The position numbers were made by a program, and so were the translations under genes. The notes under the pieces are model-generated. The model did not search any database. It was not told the DNA's origin and saw nothing but the letters and a program-made list of their open reading frames with translations. 49,793 nucleotides of DNA from Acidobacteriaceae bacterium (GTDB lineage: Bacteria; Acidobacteriota; Terriglobia; Terriglobales; Acidobacteriaceae), in assembly GCA_025462785.1 (NCBI GenBank), contig JAOAPG010000327.1, forward strand, positions 1-49,793, read 5' to 3'. Positions 17,601-26,776 of this stretch are shown here, piece after piece. Position 1 is the first letter of the stretch, and every line of letters starts with the position of its first letter.

Positions 17601-17897
17601 ATGGTGAAGATGGCGCTGTGGGTGAGGCTTGAGGCGAAACCCGGAAGAGAACCAGAAGTAGAAAACTTCTTACGTGGTGGCTTGACGCTTGTGCAGCAGG
17701 AGCCAGGCACTACGGTTTGGTTCGCAATCCGATTAGGACCATCGACGTTTGGAATTTTCGATGCGTTCGAGGATGAAGCCGGAAGGCAAGCCCACCTCTC
17801 AGGACAAGTTGCCGCAGCACTCAAGGAAAAAGCTTCCGAGCTTTTTGCGCAGCCACCGTCTATCGAGAAGATAGACGTTCTTGCGGCGAAACTTTAG
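17601..17897 (+). CDS. antibiotic-biosynthesis-monooxygenase (ABM)-like small protein
   Basis: 98 aa. WFAIRLGPSTFGIFDAFEDEAGRQAHLSG is typical of the ABM/quinol monooxygenase fold. AAGGAG lies 7 nt upstream. Confidence 0.65.
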   Translation: MVKMALWVRLEAKPGREPEVENFLRGGLTLVQQEPGTTVWFAIRLGPSTFGIFDAFEDEAGRQAHLSGQVAAALKEKASELFAQPPSIEKIDVLAAKL

Positions 17898-17947
17898 TCG
17901 CTTCCTTTACCAGATTTATTAACGTGAATCATGAACGGGAGGAAACA

Positions 17948-18511
17948 ATGGACAACTTACAAGGACTCAGAGTCGCAATTCTCATAACCGATGGTTTCGA
18001 ACAAATTGAGATGGTCCGGCCTCGCCAGGCACTCGACCAGGCGGGCGCGGAAACCAGCATTGTATCTCCGAAGACCCAGCATGTGCGCGGCTGGGACTTT
18101 ACGGAGTGGGGAGAAGAATTTCCCGTGGACATCGCTCTCGATCGGGCTGATCCAAATAACTTCGACGCATTGTTGCTACCAGGTGGAGTAATGAATCCCG
18201 ATACACTCAGGATGCTGCCCAAGGCTGTTGCTTTTGTAAAATCCTTCTTCGATTCCTCCAAACCGGTAGCAGTGATCTGCCATGGCCCGTGGACCGTGAT
18301 TGAAGCGGGCGCTGCAAAAGGCCGGCGTATCGCTTCATGGACGTCCTTAAAAACCGATCTTCGCAACGCAGGTGCGGAGTGGATCGACCAGGAAGTGGTA
18401 ACCGACGGAAACATGGTTTCAAGCCGCAAGCCTGATGACATTCCGGCGTTCAACCGGGGAATGATCGAGCTATTCAGCACGATAGCGGGTCAAGCGCGCA
18501 AGGTAGCCTGA
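17948..18511 (+). CDS. DJ-1/PfpI family protein (type 1 glutamine amidotransferase-like)
   Basis: VAILITDGFEQIE...DALLLPGG...KPVAVICHGPW nucleophile-elbow motif. GGGAGG precedes the ATG at 17948. Confidence 0.9.
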   Translation: MDNLQGLRVAILITDGFEQIEMVRPRQALDQAGAETSIVSPKTQHVRGWDFTEWGEEFPVDIALDRADPNNFDALLLPGGVMNPDTLRMLPKAVAFVKSFFDSSKPVAVICHGPWTVIEAGAAKGRRIASWTSLKTDLRNAGAEWIDQEVVTDGNMVSSRKPDDIPAFNRGMIELFSTIAGQARKVA

Positions 18512-18576
18512 GCAACGCTGAACGCATCGAGACTTAGGAGGAGCAGCGCGGTTTCATTTGGGAATCGGGGGTAAAA

Positions 18577-18850
18577 ATGATCAGCGAATGCACCCATTTG
18601 GATTCCCTCAAGCTTACGCAGCCAACGAAGCACGTCTGCGAGGACTGTGTAAAGATCGGCGACACATGGGTGCATTTGCGGATGTGCCTCACTGCGGGCA
18701 TGTCGGATGCTGTGATTCGTCGAATAATCGTCAGGCGAGAAATCATTTTCGCAAGACAAACGATCCACTCGTCCGATCGATCGAACCTGGCGAGCGCTGG
18801 GTCTGGTGTATGTCGATGACATTGAAGCGGGAATACTGCCGCCTCCATAA
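18577..18850 (+). pseudogene. UBP-type zinc-finger protein gene with two -1 frame changes
   Basis: Frame 1 reads MISECTHLDSLKLTQPTKHVCEDCVKIGDTWVHLRMCLT. The expected continuation CGHVGCCDSSNNRQARNHFRKTNDPLVRSIEPGERWVWC is in frame 3 from 18693. YVDDIEAGILPPP plus stop (18848-18850) is in frame 2 from about 18809. Each junction is repaired by adding one T. Confidence 0.65.
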
Positions 18851-18907
18851 ATAACGAGCCTTATGTAATTTTAGAAAACATTTCAATATTTTGTCAGGAG
18901 ATTCGCA

Positions 18908-19759
18908 ATGCTGCCAGCCACAGGAGTTCGTACGACAAAGCTGCCAGCCGGTGAAGAAGTTCCAGTGCTGGGTCAAGGCACGTGGCACTTGGCGGAACAT
19001 CCGCGTCGGCGTAAGGAAGAAATCGCTGCTCTGCGGCTTGGGCTGGAACTCGGCATGTCACTTGTCGATACCGCCGAAATGTATGCCGATGGCGCTGCGG
19101 AAGAACTCGTGGGTGAAGCCATCTCCGGACGTCGCGACGAGGTCTTTTTAGTGAGTAAGGTCTTGCCGCAAAACGCGAGTCGCAGCGGAACTATTGCAGC
19201 CTGTGAACGCAGCTTGCGACGGCTTCGGACGAATCGCCTGGATGTTTATCTTCTCCACTGGCGTGGCAGCATCCCTCTCGAAGAAACTATCGACGCCTTC
19301 GAGGCACTTGTGGATGCCGACAAGATCCGTTACTGGGGCGTAAGCAATTTCGATGTAAACGACATGGAAGAGGTCGTCAGCATCGACGGTGGCTCAAATG
19401 TCACTACTGACCAGGTACTCTACAATCTCACTCGGCGCGTAATCGAATATGACTTACTGCCTTGGTGTCTGGAGCGAAATATTCCGATCATGGCATATTC
19501 GCCGATAGAACAAGGCCGGCTGCTTAACCACCCACAGCTTCAGAGAATTGCGGCCCGACATAACGCGACGCCGGCGGAGATCGCACTCGCATGGGTGCTT
19601 CGGGTGGACGAATGTATAGCAATCCCGCGGGCCGCAACTCCAGAACACGTCCGAGAAAATCGAGCTGCTGCCGATCTTCATCTCACGAAACAAGATCTCG
19701 ATGAACTAGACCGGGCCTCTCCGCCTCCCACGGAACCACGGCCCCTCGAAATGCTCTGA
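18908..19759 (+). CDS. aldo/keto reductase
   Basis: LGQGTW...DTAEMYADGAAEELVG...LDVYLLHW...YWGVSNF...AYSPI are AKR signature segments. AGGAG is the RBS. Confidence 0.9.
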   Translation: MLPATGVRTTKLPAGEEVPVLGQGTWHLAEHPRRRKEEIAALRLGLELGMSLVDTAEMYADGAAEELVGEAISGRRDEVFLVSKVLPQNASRSGTIAACERSLRRLRTNRLDVYLLHWRGSIPLEETIDAFEALVDADKIRYWGVSNFDVNDMEEVVSIDGGSNVTTDQVLYNLTRRVIEYDLLPWCLERNIPIMAYSPIEQGRLLNHPQLQRIAARHNATPAEIALAWVLRVDECIAIPRAATPEHVRENRAAADLHLTKQDLDELDRASPPPTEPRPLEML

Positions 19760-19774
19760 ACGGGAGTGATTTGA

Positions 19775-20293
19775 ATGGCTGCATCCAACAACTTTCGCAT
19801 GAGCCGTCAGAATAGGCCGGTGCACTCCAGATCTGTGGGATGGAGGTGCAGCACCTGCAATGAACTCATTACCAGGATTGAAGACGGCTGGGTAGAGTGG
19901 CTCTCGGTTGAGGGGGAGCCTGGAATAACAAGGCTGAAAGGGTTGCGGCTCGTTCATCAGCTGGTAGCAAGTCCAAGAGTACTCGCGAGATATGGCTGCC
20001 AATACGATTGGCACCGTGAATTCCAAATCGATCAGAGCATTGTGGAAGGCCTATCTCTCGAGAGATTTGTTGGATCAGATGGTCTTATGCTGTTGCTGTC
20101 ATTTTTCGCTGCAGGCGAAATGCCGAAAGACGATCTTCTCGAACTAGCAAAGAGGGTGCAAATTCCTGGATATGAGCAGGCGCGCGATTTGTTTCCCGAA
20201 GCAATCGATGCTGGCGTCTTGGAACCATCGATCGGTGATGGATATTACCTGCAAGCGGAAATCCGGACTCTGCTTAGGTGGGCCCCGCGCTGA
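19775..20293 (+). CDS. hypothetical protein
   Basis: 172-aa ORF placed 15 nt after the upstream gene. Contains a CSTC motif near the N-terminus. No family recognised. Confidence 0.55.
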   Translation: MAASNNFRMSRQNRPVHSRSVGWRCSTCNELITRIEDGWVEWLSVEGEPGITRLKGLRLVHQLVASPRVLARYGCQYDWHREFQIDQSIVEGLSLERFVGSDGLMLLLSFFAAGEMPKDDLLELAKRVQIPGYEQARDLFPEAIDAGVLEPSIGDGYYLQAEIRTLLRWAPR

Positions 20294-20377
20294 GATGTCA
20301 ATTTCTCTTGCAAGAGCCGGCTCGCACGCGCGACGGATCCGATCAGGACTATTTCAATTGCCGCTTGCAGGAGAGCT

Positions 20378-20713
20378 TCACTGCGGAGGCATGGCCACCT
20401 GCATGATATGAATCACATTCGTGTCGGGATCAACGTGCACTACAAGCGCAACGTGCTGATCCTCTTTACCTTGTAAAGCGTCCGGGTTGCCAATTTTATA
20501 GCTCTGATTGTCCGTATCGCTTACGAAAGTCTTACCGTCATGGCTGACCTTACCCGACATATTTTGTGCGGACGATGTACTAGTTTGGCTGCCCTGTGTG
20601 TTTTGCTTCATCTGGCTGTTGTCTTGTTGCGTATTGCCCTGGCTGCCCTGGGTCTGAGCGGCCACACATAACGACAGCCCCAGCACTAAAATAATCGACA
20701 TAACTGCTTTCAT
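20378..20713 (-). CDS. hypothetical small secreted protein (Gln/Ser/Thr-rich N-terminal half)
   Basis: Start set at MKAVMSIILVLGLSLCVAAQ (signal-like) with GGGAG upstream. 111 aa. Confidence 0.6.
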   Translation of the reverse strand: MKAVMSIILVLGLSLCVAAQTQGSQGNTQQDNSQMKQNTQGSQTSTSSAQNMSGKVSHDGKTFVSDTDNQSYKIGNPDALQGKEDQHVALVVHVDPDTNVIHIMQVAMPPQ

Positions 20714-20866
20714 AAAATGCTCCCTCGCGAGATCAAAAAGGATCACATGCGACCTCTAATACAGCCTAGCCAGCGGCCCCATCCAAAACAATTCTTCGCG
20801 AGCATAAAGCACTGTTAGGACTTAAGGATTAATGAAAAACGAGACCACAAATGCTTGTAGGACGGC

Positions 20867-22024
20867 CTATCCGCCGGCAGCCATGCTTGGCGTGTAGCTG
20901 TCTTGGACAACTATGCTCGCGGGAATTTTCTTACCATTTGAATCAACAATTTGGAGAGGGCCACCAGTTTTTGGATCGACTAGCTCGACGCGTACCCTGC
21001 GTGGCACGTTGGGAGGCAGATCGCTGGAGGAGCGGTAACTAATCACGTAGCGGACCTTAAGATTTTCGAGCATGTCATCGTAGATCGGAGGCAAATCGAC
21101 AGTGTTCTCGGGGGCGTAGGCGCGTCCCCCTGATACTCTGGCGATCTCCTCGAGTCTGTGATCAGCTTCATTCCAGTCGATTCGCGCTACAGGACCGGTG
21201 CGCCCGTGCATTTCCGAGAGCTGCCGCAAATCTGGTACCAGGCTGAGTGCATAGATGGGAGTATCAGAATCCTGTGCTGTATTCAGTACCTGTTCATAAG
21301 TAGCTTTGCTGAATGTATCAATGCCTGACGAAACGAGGACGATCGCCTTGCGTCCGGTCACTGGTCGCATCTGGTTTTCCATGAAGATGACTGCATCGTA
21401 TAAGTTCGATTCGGAGAGCTCTGGGGTACCTAGGGTCAGAAGCGGCGTGTAAAGCGATAGGTGATCTTGAGCGAAGCCGGCGACTTGGTCAACCTTGTCG
21501 CTGTATTTCCAAATCCCAATAGTATCGTCGCGGCCGAGTTCATCTAATAAGTGTTCGCCCGCTCGCGAGACTTCTTGGCCGAGGTCATGATTCAATCCCT
21601 GAATACGGCCCCCGAACTCCAGGAGCAGTCCCAGTGTCGCCGGCGCGTGCTCAACCTCAACTGACGTATTTTGCTGCCGGACATTATTTTCGTATACGAC
21701 AAAGTCCTCGCGCCGTATGTTCGGAATGAAATAACCATTCGGGTCTTGCACTAAAAACTTTAGGGTCACCGTTTTGGTTGCAGGATCAAAGCGAATCTCC
21801 GTTCTCTGTTTACCCGGCTTGCCTTTGAATAACGGAGCGTTGGGTCGACTTGGAACCTTGACCGCCTCACTTCCTGATTGTTGGGGAGTGTTTTGTCTAT
21901 TTTTTCCTGCAGAGGAATGGTCTGTTTGTGCCAGAGCAGGTGTGCCCAGCAGAAACACCGCGATAGATAATCTTAATATTGCTGCGAACTTTGGAGGTCT
22001 TCTACCATTATTTGTTGCTGACAT
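20867..22024 (-). CDS. VWA domain-containing protein (acidobacterial VWFA-related type)
   Basis: Signal-like AAILRLSIAVFLLGTPALAQ. An N-terminal beta-rich segment (VTLKFLVQDPNGYFIPNIRREDFVVYENNVRQ) is followed by a VWA-like core (KAIVLVSSGIDTFS...TPIYALSL). Confidence 0.8.
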   Translation of the reverse strand: MSATNNGRRPPKFAAILRLSIAVFLLGTPALAQTDHSSAGKNRQNTPQQSGSEAVKVPSRPNAPLFKGKPGKQRTEIRFDPATKTVTLKFLVQDPNGYFIPNIRREDFVVYENNVRQQNTSVEVEHAPATLGLLLEFGGRIQGLNHDLGQEVSRAGEHLLDELGRDDTIGIWKYSDKVDQVAGFAQDHLSLYTPLLTLGTPELSESNLYDAVIFMENQMRPVTGRKAIVLVSSGIDTFSKATYEQVLNTAQDSDTPIYALSLVPDLRQLSEMHGRTGPVARIDWNEADHRLEEIARVSGGRAYAPENTVDLPPIYDDMLENLKVRYVISYRSSSDLPPNVPRRVRVELVDPKTGGPLQIVDSNGKKIPASIVVQDSYTPSMAAGG

Positions 22025-22241
22025 TATTTTGCGCGCCTCGCTCCCACCAGTCCGAATCGTTCTCGTGGCCTGATGACCTCAACTTGGCGGAAGGATTGCG
22101 TTTTTCGAACGCGATCCTTCAGGCGGAACAAGGCTTGGATCTTCGGAACAAGTGTCTGCAGAGCCGTCCGCAGCAATTTCAATTGCCGGCGCAAGAACCA
22201 CACACAACATAGCTAATATGCGGATGCCACGAGGAACCACA

Positions 22242-22670
22242 TCAATTGCGGGCATAAACTTGCGCCACTCCCTTCCTTGCCTTTGCCGTACGCAAGTCGG
22301 AGTTACACACAAAGAAGGTGTGCGCCGAGGTGCACCGAAAAGCCGCCACTGGTTTGAGTTTGCCATTGTCCTCGCCGACAATGGACGGGATGTTTATATT
22401 CTTCTTTTCCAACGCTGTCACCGTAGGGGCCGCACAGATCGGGCAATTTAGAACTCCCCTTGCCATCGAATGCACTCGAGTAAGTTCGCTCAGGACCGCG
22501 CGTCTAATCTTCGCTGACGTCCGTTCCCCATTCGCCACTCTGCTGACAAAGGAGGGATCTACTCCCGAGCGCCTCGCAACCCGCGCGTAGATTCCTCTTT
22601 GTAGCTTGTATAAGTCGAGCAAGGTCTCTTCTGGACTGCTAACCGCTTCCTGCCGTATCGCTTCTTTCAT
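22242..22670 (-). CDS. hypothetical protein with HTH-like N-terminal half and Cys-containing C-terminal half
   Basis: AGGAGG RBS directly upstream. The GIYARVARRSGVDPSFVSRVANGERTS segment is HTH-like. CPIC and later C...C residues could form a zinc ribbon. Confidence 0.6.
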   Translation of the reverse strand: MKEAIRQEAVSSPEETLLDLYKLQRGIYARVARRSGVDPSFVSRVANGERTSAKIRRAVLSELTRVHSMARGVLNCPICAAPTVTALEKKNINIPSIVGEDNGKLKPVAAFRCTSAHTFFVCNSDLRTAKARKGVAQVYARN

Positions 22671-22753
22671 TGGTCCTCCTATTTTTCAAAGGCTTTCAGA
22701 ACCATTGGAGTAATAAGTTGACTACAAGGTGCCTGCAAAGTTTTTGGCCAGCG

Positions 22754-23554
22754 CTACGCGACGGCGGCCCTCGCCGACTTTGCGGGTTCGGTCGAACGGT
22801 TCGGTATTCCACGGGGAACGCTTGCCCGAATCTTCGTACCATTGCTTCCGGAAGTGATTTCAAGTCTTCCATGAAAATCTTCGATTCGCTCCCGCATCCC
22901 ACATAATCCAACTCCCGTCCCGGTTCCTGTCTGCTTGAACTGATTCAACAGCCGGGCGGGAATCCCCTTGCCGTAGTCCTCCACTTCGAGCATCACCATG
23001 CGCTGATCTGACTGCAAACGAACATCCGCCAACCTGCTGTCAGAGTGTCTGTACATGTTGGTAAGGCTCTCTTGCAGCACTCGGAACAGCGCAGCCTCAA
23101 TGGAACGCCTCAACCTTCCTATCTGCGAATCCAGGTGTAATCTCACCTCAATATTGCTGCGCTTGGCGAAACCCTCGACATACCAGCGAGCCGCGGAAGA
23201 GAATCCGGATTCATGCAGCAAGGGGGGATACAAGAGATATGAAGTTGTGCGAATATCCTGAAGCGCTTGATCAGCGAGAGCATTCGTTTGCGCAAACACT
23301 TCCGATATCGACTGACCAGATTTGAGGCGCTCTTCAAGAGATGCAATCTGGAGTTTGAGCGCCGTCAGTGTCTGCCCTGTGCTGTCGTGCAAATCGCGAG
23401 CAAGACGCCGACGCTCTTCGTCCTGCACACGAAGAAGGCGCGCGGACAGGCTACGTAATGCGTTTGTACGTTGTTCTATCAAACATTCGAGTTCGTTATG
23501 AGTGTGCTTGCGATCTACCTGCTGCATGTGACCGGCGCCATGTTTTACGGGCAT
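22754..23554 (-). CDS. soluble HisKA_3-type histidine kinase (no sensor or TM domain)
   Basis: EERRRLARDLHDSTGQTLTAL H-box and a HATPase_c C-terminus (GTGVGLCGMRERIEDFHGRLEI). Only 266 aa. Confidence 0.85.
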   Translation of the reverse strand: MPVKHGAGHMQQVDRKHTHNELECLIEQRTNALRSLSARLLRVQDEERRRLARDLHDSTGQTLTALKLQIASLEERLKSGQSISEVFAQTNALADQALQDIRTTSYLLYPPLLHESGFSSAARWYVEGFAKRSNIEVRLHLDSQIGRLRRSIEAALFRVLQESLTNMYRHSDSRLADVRLQSDQRMVMLEVEDYGKGIPARLLNQFKQTGTGTGVGLCGMRERIEDFHGRLEITSGSNGTKIRASVPRGIPNRSTEPAKSARAAVA

Positions 23555-24025
23555 AACAGATTTCCTTTTTAAGAATTTCGTGATTCCACAAATCGTTTTA
23601 GCTCAAGCTGCCGTTCTGTTAGTAGCTTCTGATGACAAGTACGTACGGGATCTCGTGACGTCAACAGGGCGCACAGTTCCCAACCTGCATTCTCGCCTTT
23701 GTTTTGCGCATAGAACTCTAAGATCGAAAGGTACAGAACGTCGATTTTCTTGGACAGAGGCCCCCCGAGTTACGATCTCGCACGTCTCAGTGCACAGCTT
23801 TCACTTTCTTAATAAAAGCTGTTGAGTGGTATCAAATGGGAACGACCTTCTGAACCGAGATGCTAATGACCGAGTATGCCTATAACAATTGCTCGTGAGG
23901 GTGAACTGAAACTTGGACGGGGAGCTTACAAAACGATTGCTCTTTTGATGGAGAGTTCTCTACGACCTTAGCACTACCAGAGTCTCAGGATTTGAAAACC
24001 CACGGTAGGAGAGGGTCGGTCACGG

Positions 24026-24472
24026 CTATGCTGTGGCCGCGGGAATCGCTGTCTTCAACCAGTTTTCCATTTGCTCCTGATTCACTAAGCCAGCCTGCTG
24101 CACAACCGGCCTCCCGCCATAGAGCACAACAAAATTAGGTATACCGCGCACGTTAAAGCGAGCGGCCAGTTCCGGATGAGCTTCCGTATTGACCTTCACT
24201 ACGACCGCTTTGCCAGCCATGTCTTTAGCAGTTTGAGAAACCTCGGGCGCAGCCATGCGACAAGGACCGCACCACTCAGCCCAGAAGTCTACCAATACTG
24301 GAACACGAACATTTTGGATGATGTCGCCAAACAAAGCAGGATCAACTTCTAGCGGCTCATCTATGGGTCGTAAAGGCGACTTGCAGAAACCGCAACGGCC
24401 CGTGTCGACTAGGTGCTTCACTGGAATGCGGTTTTTACGGCCACAGACCTTGCAGGTTCGAATCACGAACAT
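24026..24472 (-). CDS. trxC: thioredoxin 2-type thioredoxin with N-terminal zinc-finger
   Basis: CKVCGRKNR...CGFCKSPL (two CxxC) followed by VLVDFWAEWCGPCRM. The start at 24472 is preceded by GGAGGAG. The longer ORF to 24565 was rejected. Confidence 0.85.
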   Translation of the reverse strand: MFVIRTCKVCGRKNRIPVKHLVDTGRCGFCKSPLRPIDEPLEVDPALFGDIIQNVRVPVLVDFWAEWCGPCRMAAPEVSQTAKDMAGKAVVVKVNTEAHPELAARFNVRGIPNFVVLYGGRPVVQQAGLVNQEQMENWLKTAIPAATA

Positions 24473-24492
24473 AAGCTCCTCCGAGCTGCTTT

Positions 24493-24524
24493 GCAATGGC
24501 GCAGCAGCAATGGCGCAGCAGCAA
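24493..24524. repeat. 14-nt tandem duplication (gcaatggcgcagca x2 plus partial third copy) in the trxC leader
   Basis: Copies lie at 24493-24506 and 24507-24520, with gcaa at 24521-24524. This is about 20 nt upstream of the trxC start on the minus strand. Confidence 0.9.
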
Positions 24525-24837
24525 CATCGATCCGATGGCCTAGCCCCTTTTTGTGTCTTTTGCAATTGTCGGATGTAAATCTATCTTATGTCGGTTGTCC
24601 CGGTAAATTGCTAACGGCAAAATCGTTCTCCATGTGGACCTGTAGTTCTGTACTGCTGCGAAAGTCGTATACGAGTCTTCCACCCCAACCTGATGTCAGC
24701 GTAATCATGATTTCAGAGTCTTACTTCCTCCTCACGGAGAATTGTTGCGAACGTGACCACTCGCTACCATCCGAGATGAGATGGCACCGCGGTTGTCTAA
24801 CCTCGCGCACGCAACGAGATTAAGTAAGCAAAGTGCT

Positions 24838-24874
24838 GGGGCCAGTGGACAAAGCAAGAACGTCTACTGGCCCC
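24838..24874. promoter_or_regulatory. perfect 9-bp inverted repeat (ggggccagt N19 actggcccc) upstream of the HdeD-like gene
   Basis: Arms lie at 24838-24846 and 24866-24874, ending 48 nt before the ATG at 24923. Function unknown (operator or leader hairpin). Confidence 0.4.
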
Positions 24875-24922
24875 ACATCTCCTCAATTCAAGGAACAAAT
24901 AACTACTCTTAACGGGGGGAAT

Positions 24923-25504
24923 ATGGCCACGAGTCCGATGTTCTTCGAATTTGACAGGCTTCGCCACAGATGGGGCTGGCTGCTGACACTTGGGATCGTG
25001 ATGGTTTTTCTCGGCACCGTGGCCCTGTTCATGATCCCAGCAGCCACCCTTGGCACCGTGTTGGTACTGGGTTGGTTATTGGTCATCAGTGGGATTGTTG
25101 AGGCAGTTCAGGCATTTCGAGTACGACGTTGGGGAGGCATGTTCCTTCATCTAATTGGAGGAATTCTCGGCATCCTAGTCGGCCTACTTGTTGTAACTCA
25201 TCCCGTTGCCGGTGCCTTGGCGTGGACCATGCTCTTCGCCTCTTTCTTCACAGTGATCGGCATCTTCCGATTGGTAACGGCGATTAGGCTCAAGTTTCCG
25301 AACTGGGGTTGGGCCGTTTTTGATGGCGCGGTGACTCTTGCGTTGGGAATTCTACTTTGGGTCCAGTGGCCGTGGTCAGCTCTTTGGTTTTTGGGGTTGG
25401 CTGTCGGAGTTTCGCTAATTCTGCGCGGGTGGTCCTATATAATGTTCTCTATCGCCGTTCGCAACTTAGCTGTACCGCCAATCCCGATTAGGCAAGCAGC
25501 TTAG
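24923..25504 (+). CDS. HdeD-family (DUF308) membrane protein
   Basis: Repeated TM pattern WGWLLTLGIVMVFLGTVALF...LLVISGIVEAVQAF...LIGGILGILVGLLV. GGGGGGA precedes the ATG at 24923. Confidence 0.8.
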   Translation: MATSPMFFEFDRLRHRWGWLLTLGIVMVFLGTVALFMIPAATLGTVLVLGWLLVISGIVEAVQAFRVRRWGGMFLHLIGGILGILVGLLVVTHPVAGALAWTMLFASFFTVIGIFRLVTAIRLKFPNWGWAVFDGAVTLALGILLWVQWPWSALWFLGLAVGVSLILRGWSYIMFSIAVRNLAVPPIPIRQAA

Positions 25505-26776
25505 TCATGTCTGTGCCGGCGAGGCGTATACGATTGCTGCTATCCCATCATACTTTGCAAGGAGATCCTGTTTATACTCGACAAGAGTAAGCTCTACTCC
25601 ATGCAACCGTGCAATTTCAGTAATCTCATCAACTACGTTTTCAACCTGGAGAAGCGCTAACCCGCAGAACGGGCATTCTCCACCTTTTAGCGATACATAG
25701 TGGTGCTGTCTGCAGACAAATCCCTTTTCCTGCAAATTTTCGGCGACAAGCAGCTTTCGAAGTACAAAAAGGTTAAGAACATTGATCACGTCGGGGAGAC
25801 CCGAAACCATGTCCTGCCCTGGCCGATAGTTACTCAATGCTTCAACAGCCTGCGTTTCTCTCTGGGCTTTGTGGTTTCGAACTATGGCCTCAATCACTTC
25901 CTTCCGGTCTCGCTGGTCCGCGTCGGGAGAGTCGTTAATGCGGCCAATGATCTTTTCTTTTACAGCCTCGTGAAGATACTCTTCGAGAAGGTGCAAAACT
26001 CGACCTTCACCCATTAATACCAGCGCGTCGAATAACCGATCGTTGTAGAGACGATACACGTGAAGAGCAGTCAACTTGAGATGCCATTGCAAGTGGGTCA
26101 AGCGATGCATTTGAACCTTGCCAGGTATCGATTTATCGACTGAGTCGGTGGGAACAAAGGATTTCACCCGATCCATTTCTTCTAGGTGGCCCAAGTCATA
26201 AGTAAGAAATCGACTCTCTTCTTTGGAGACTTCGACGAACAGAACTCTTTCATTCTTTTCCAGAACGGCTTCCAGCGGCACAATGTAAGGATCAACGTCG
26301 ATAATCAGAGCATCAGTAGATCGAAGGGATAGCCTGATTACTCGATTAAGTTCCTCGCCAGATTTAAAGATGATGAGAGAACGTAGTCCTTCGGGCACGA
26401 AGTACTCGCTCAAAAAACTTTCTATCTCCTCTATGTCAAAATTGAGGTTCTCCTTTTGTTGACGGGAGAGTTGGTCAATAAAATCGTGCCGTTCGTCCAT
26501 TGCCTTTCGCTTGAGTGAGCGGAAGGATCGAAGCAACGCCTTTTCTTTAGGCACGACTTTTTGCGGATCAAATTGTAGGTACAAGCTGATCACAGGCTGG
26601 TTATATTCCGCCCTGACGAGCGCCTTTATGTCCTCTCGTGATACCCGGTTTTCTTGTCCTAGTGCCTGGCGCAAAGAAAGCGCCTGTTCGACGTGTTTTT
26701 CTCGTACTTTCCGGGTTGGTTCGTGGAGTGCAGCGATCTGTCCTTCTCTTTCCGTAACAGTCTCTCTGACGTCCAT
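25505..26776 (-). CDS. archaeo-eukaryotic release factor (eRF1/Pelota/Vms1)-like protein, bacterial baeRF/VLRF1-type (tentative)
   Basis: The 423-aa ORF with a GAAGGA RBS is solid. The family call rests on an N-terminal PVISLYLQFD segment, a central PGKVQ Gln-loop candidate and a C-terminal domain with a CxxH...CPFC knuckle followed by VENVVDEITEIARLHGVELTLVE. This is by-eye recall only. Confidence 0.5.
   Translation of the reverse strand: MDVRETVTEREGQIAALHEPTRKVREKHVEQALSLRQALGQENRVSREDIKALVRAEYNQPVISLYLQFDPQKVVPKEKALLRSFRSLKRKAMDERHDFIDQLSRQQKENLNFDIEEIESFLSEYFVPEGLRSLIIFKSGEELNRVIRLSLRSTDALIIDVDPYIVPLEAVLEKNERVLFVEVSKEESRFLTYDLGHLEEMDRVKSFVPTDSVDKSIPGKVQMHRLTHLQWHLKLTALHVYRLYNDRLFDALVLMGEGRVLHLLEEYLHEAVKEKIIGRINDSPDADQRDRKEVIEAIVRNHKAQRETQAVEALSNYRPGQDMVSGLPDVINVLNLFVLRKLLVAENLQEKGFVCRQHHYVSLKGGECPFCGLALLQVENVVDEITEIARLHGVELTLVEYKQDLLAKYDGIAAIVYASPAQT

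Noticed and set aside
23555-24025. 470-nt gap with an 81-aa plus-strand ORF (23580..23825) and a start-less minus-strand open frame ending ...LTERQLELKRFVESRNS
   Set aside because: Neither has a start codon plus RBS or a recognisable motif. I treat it as promoter/leader DNA for the kinase gene, though a decayed gene remnant cannot be excluded.
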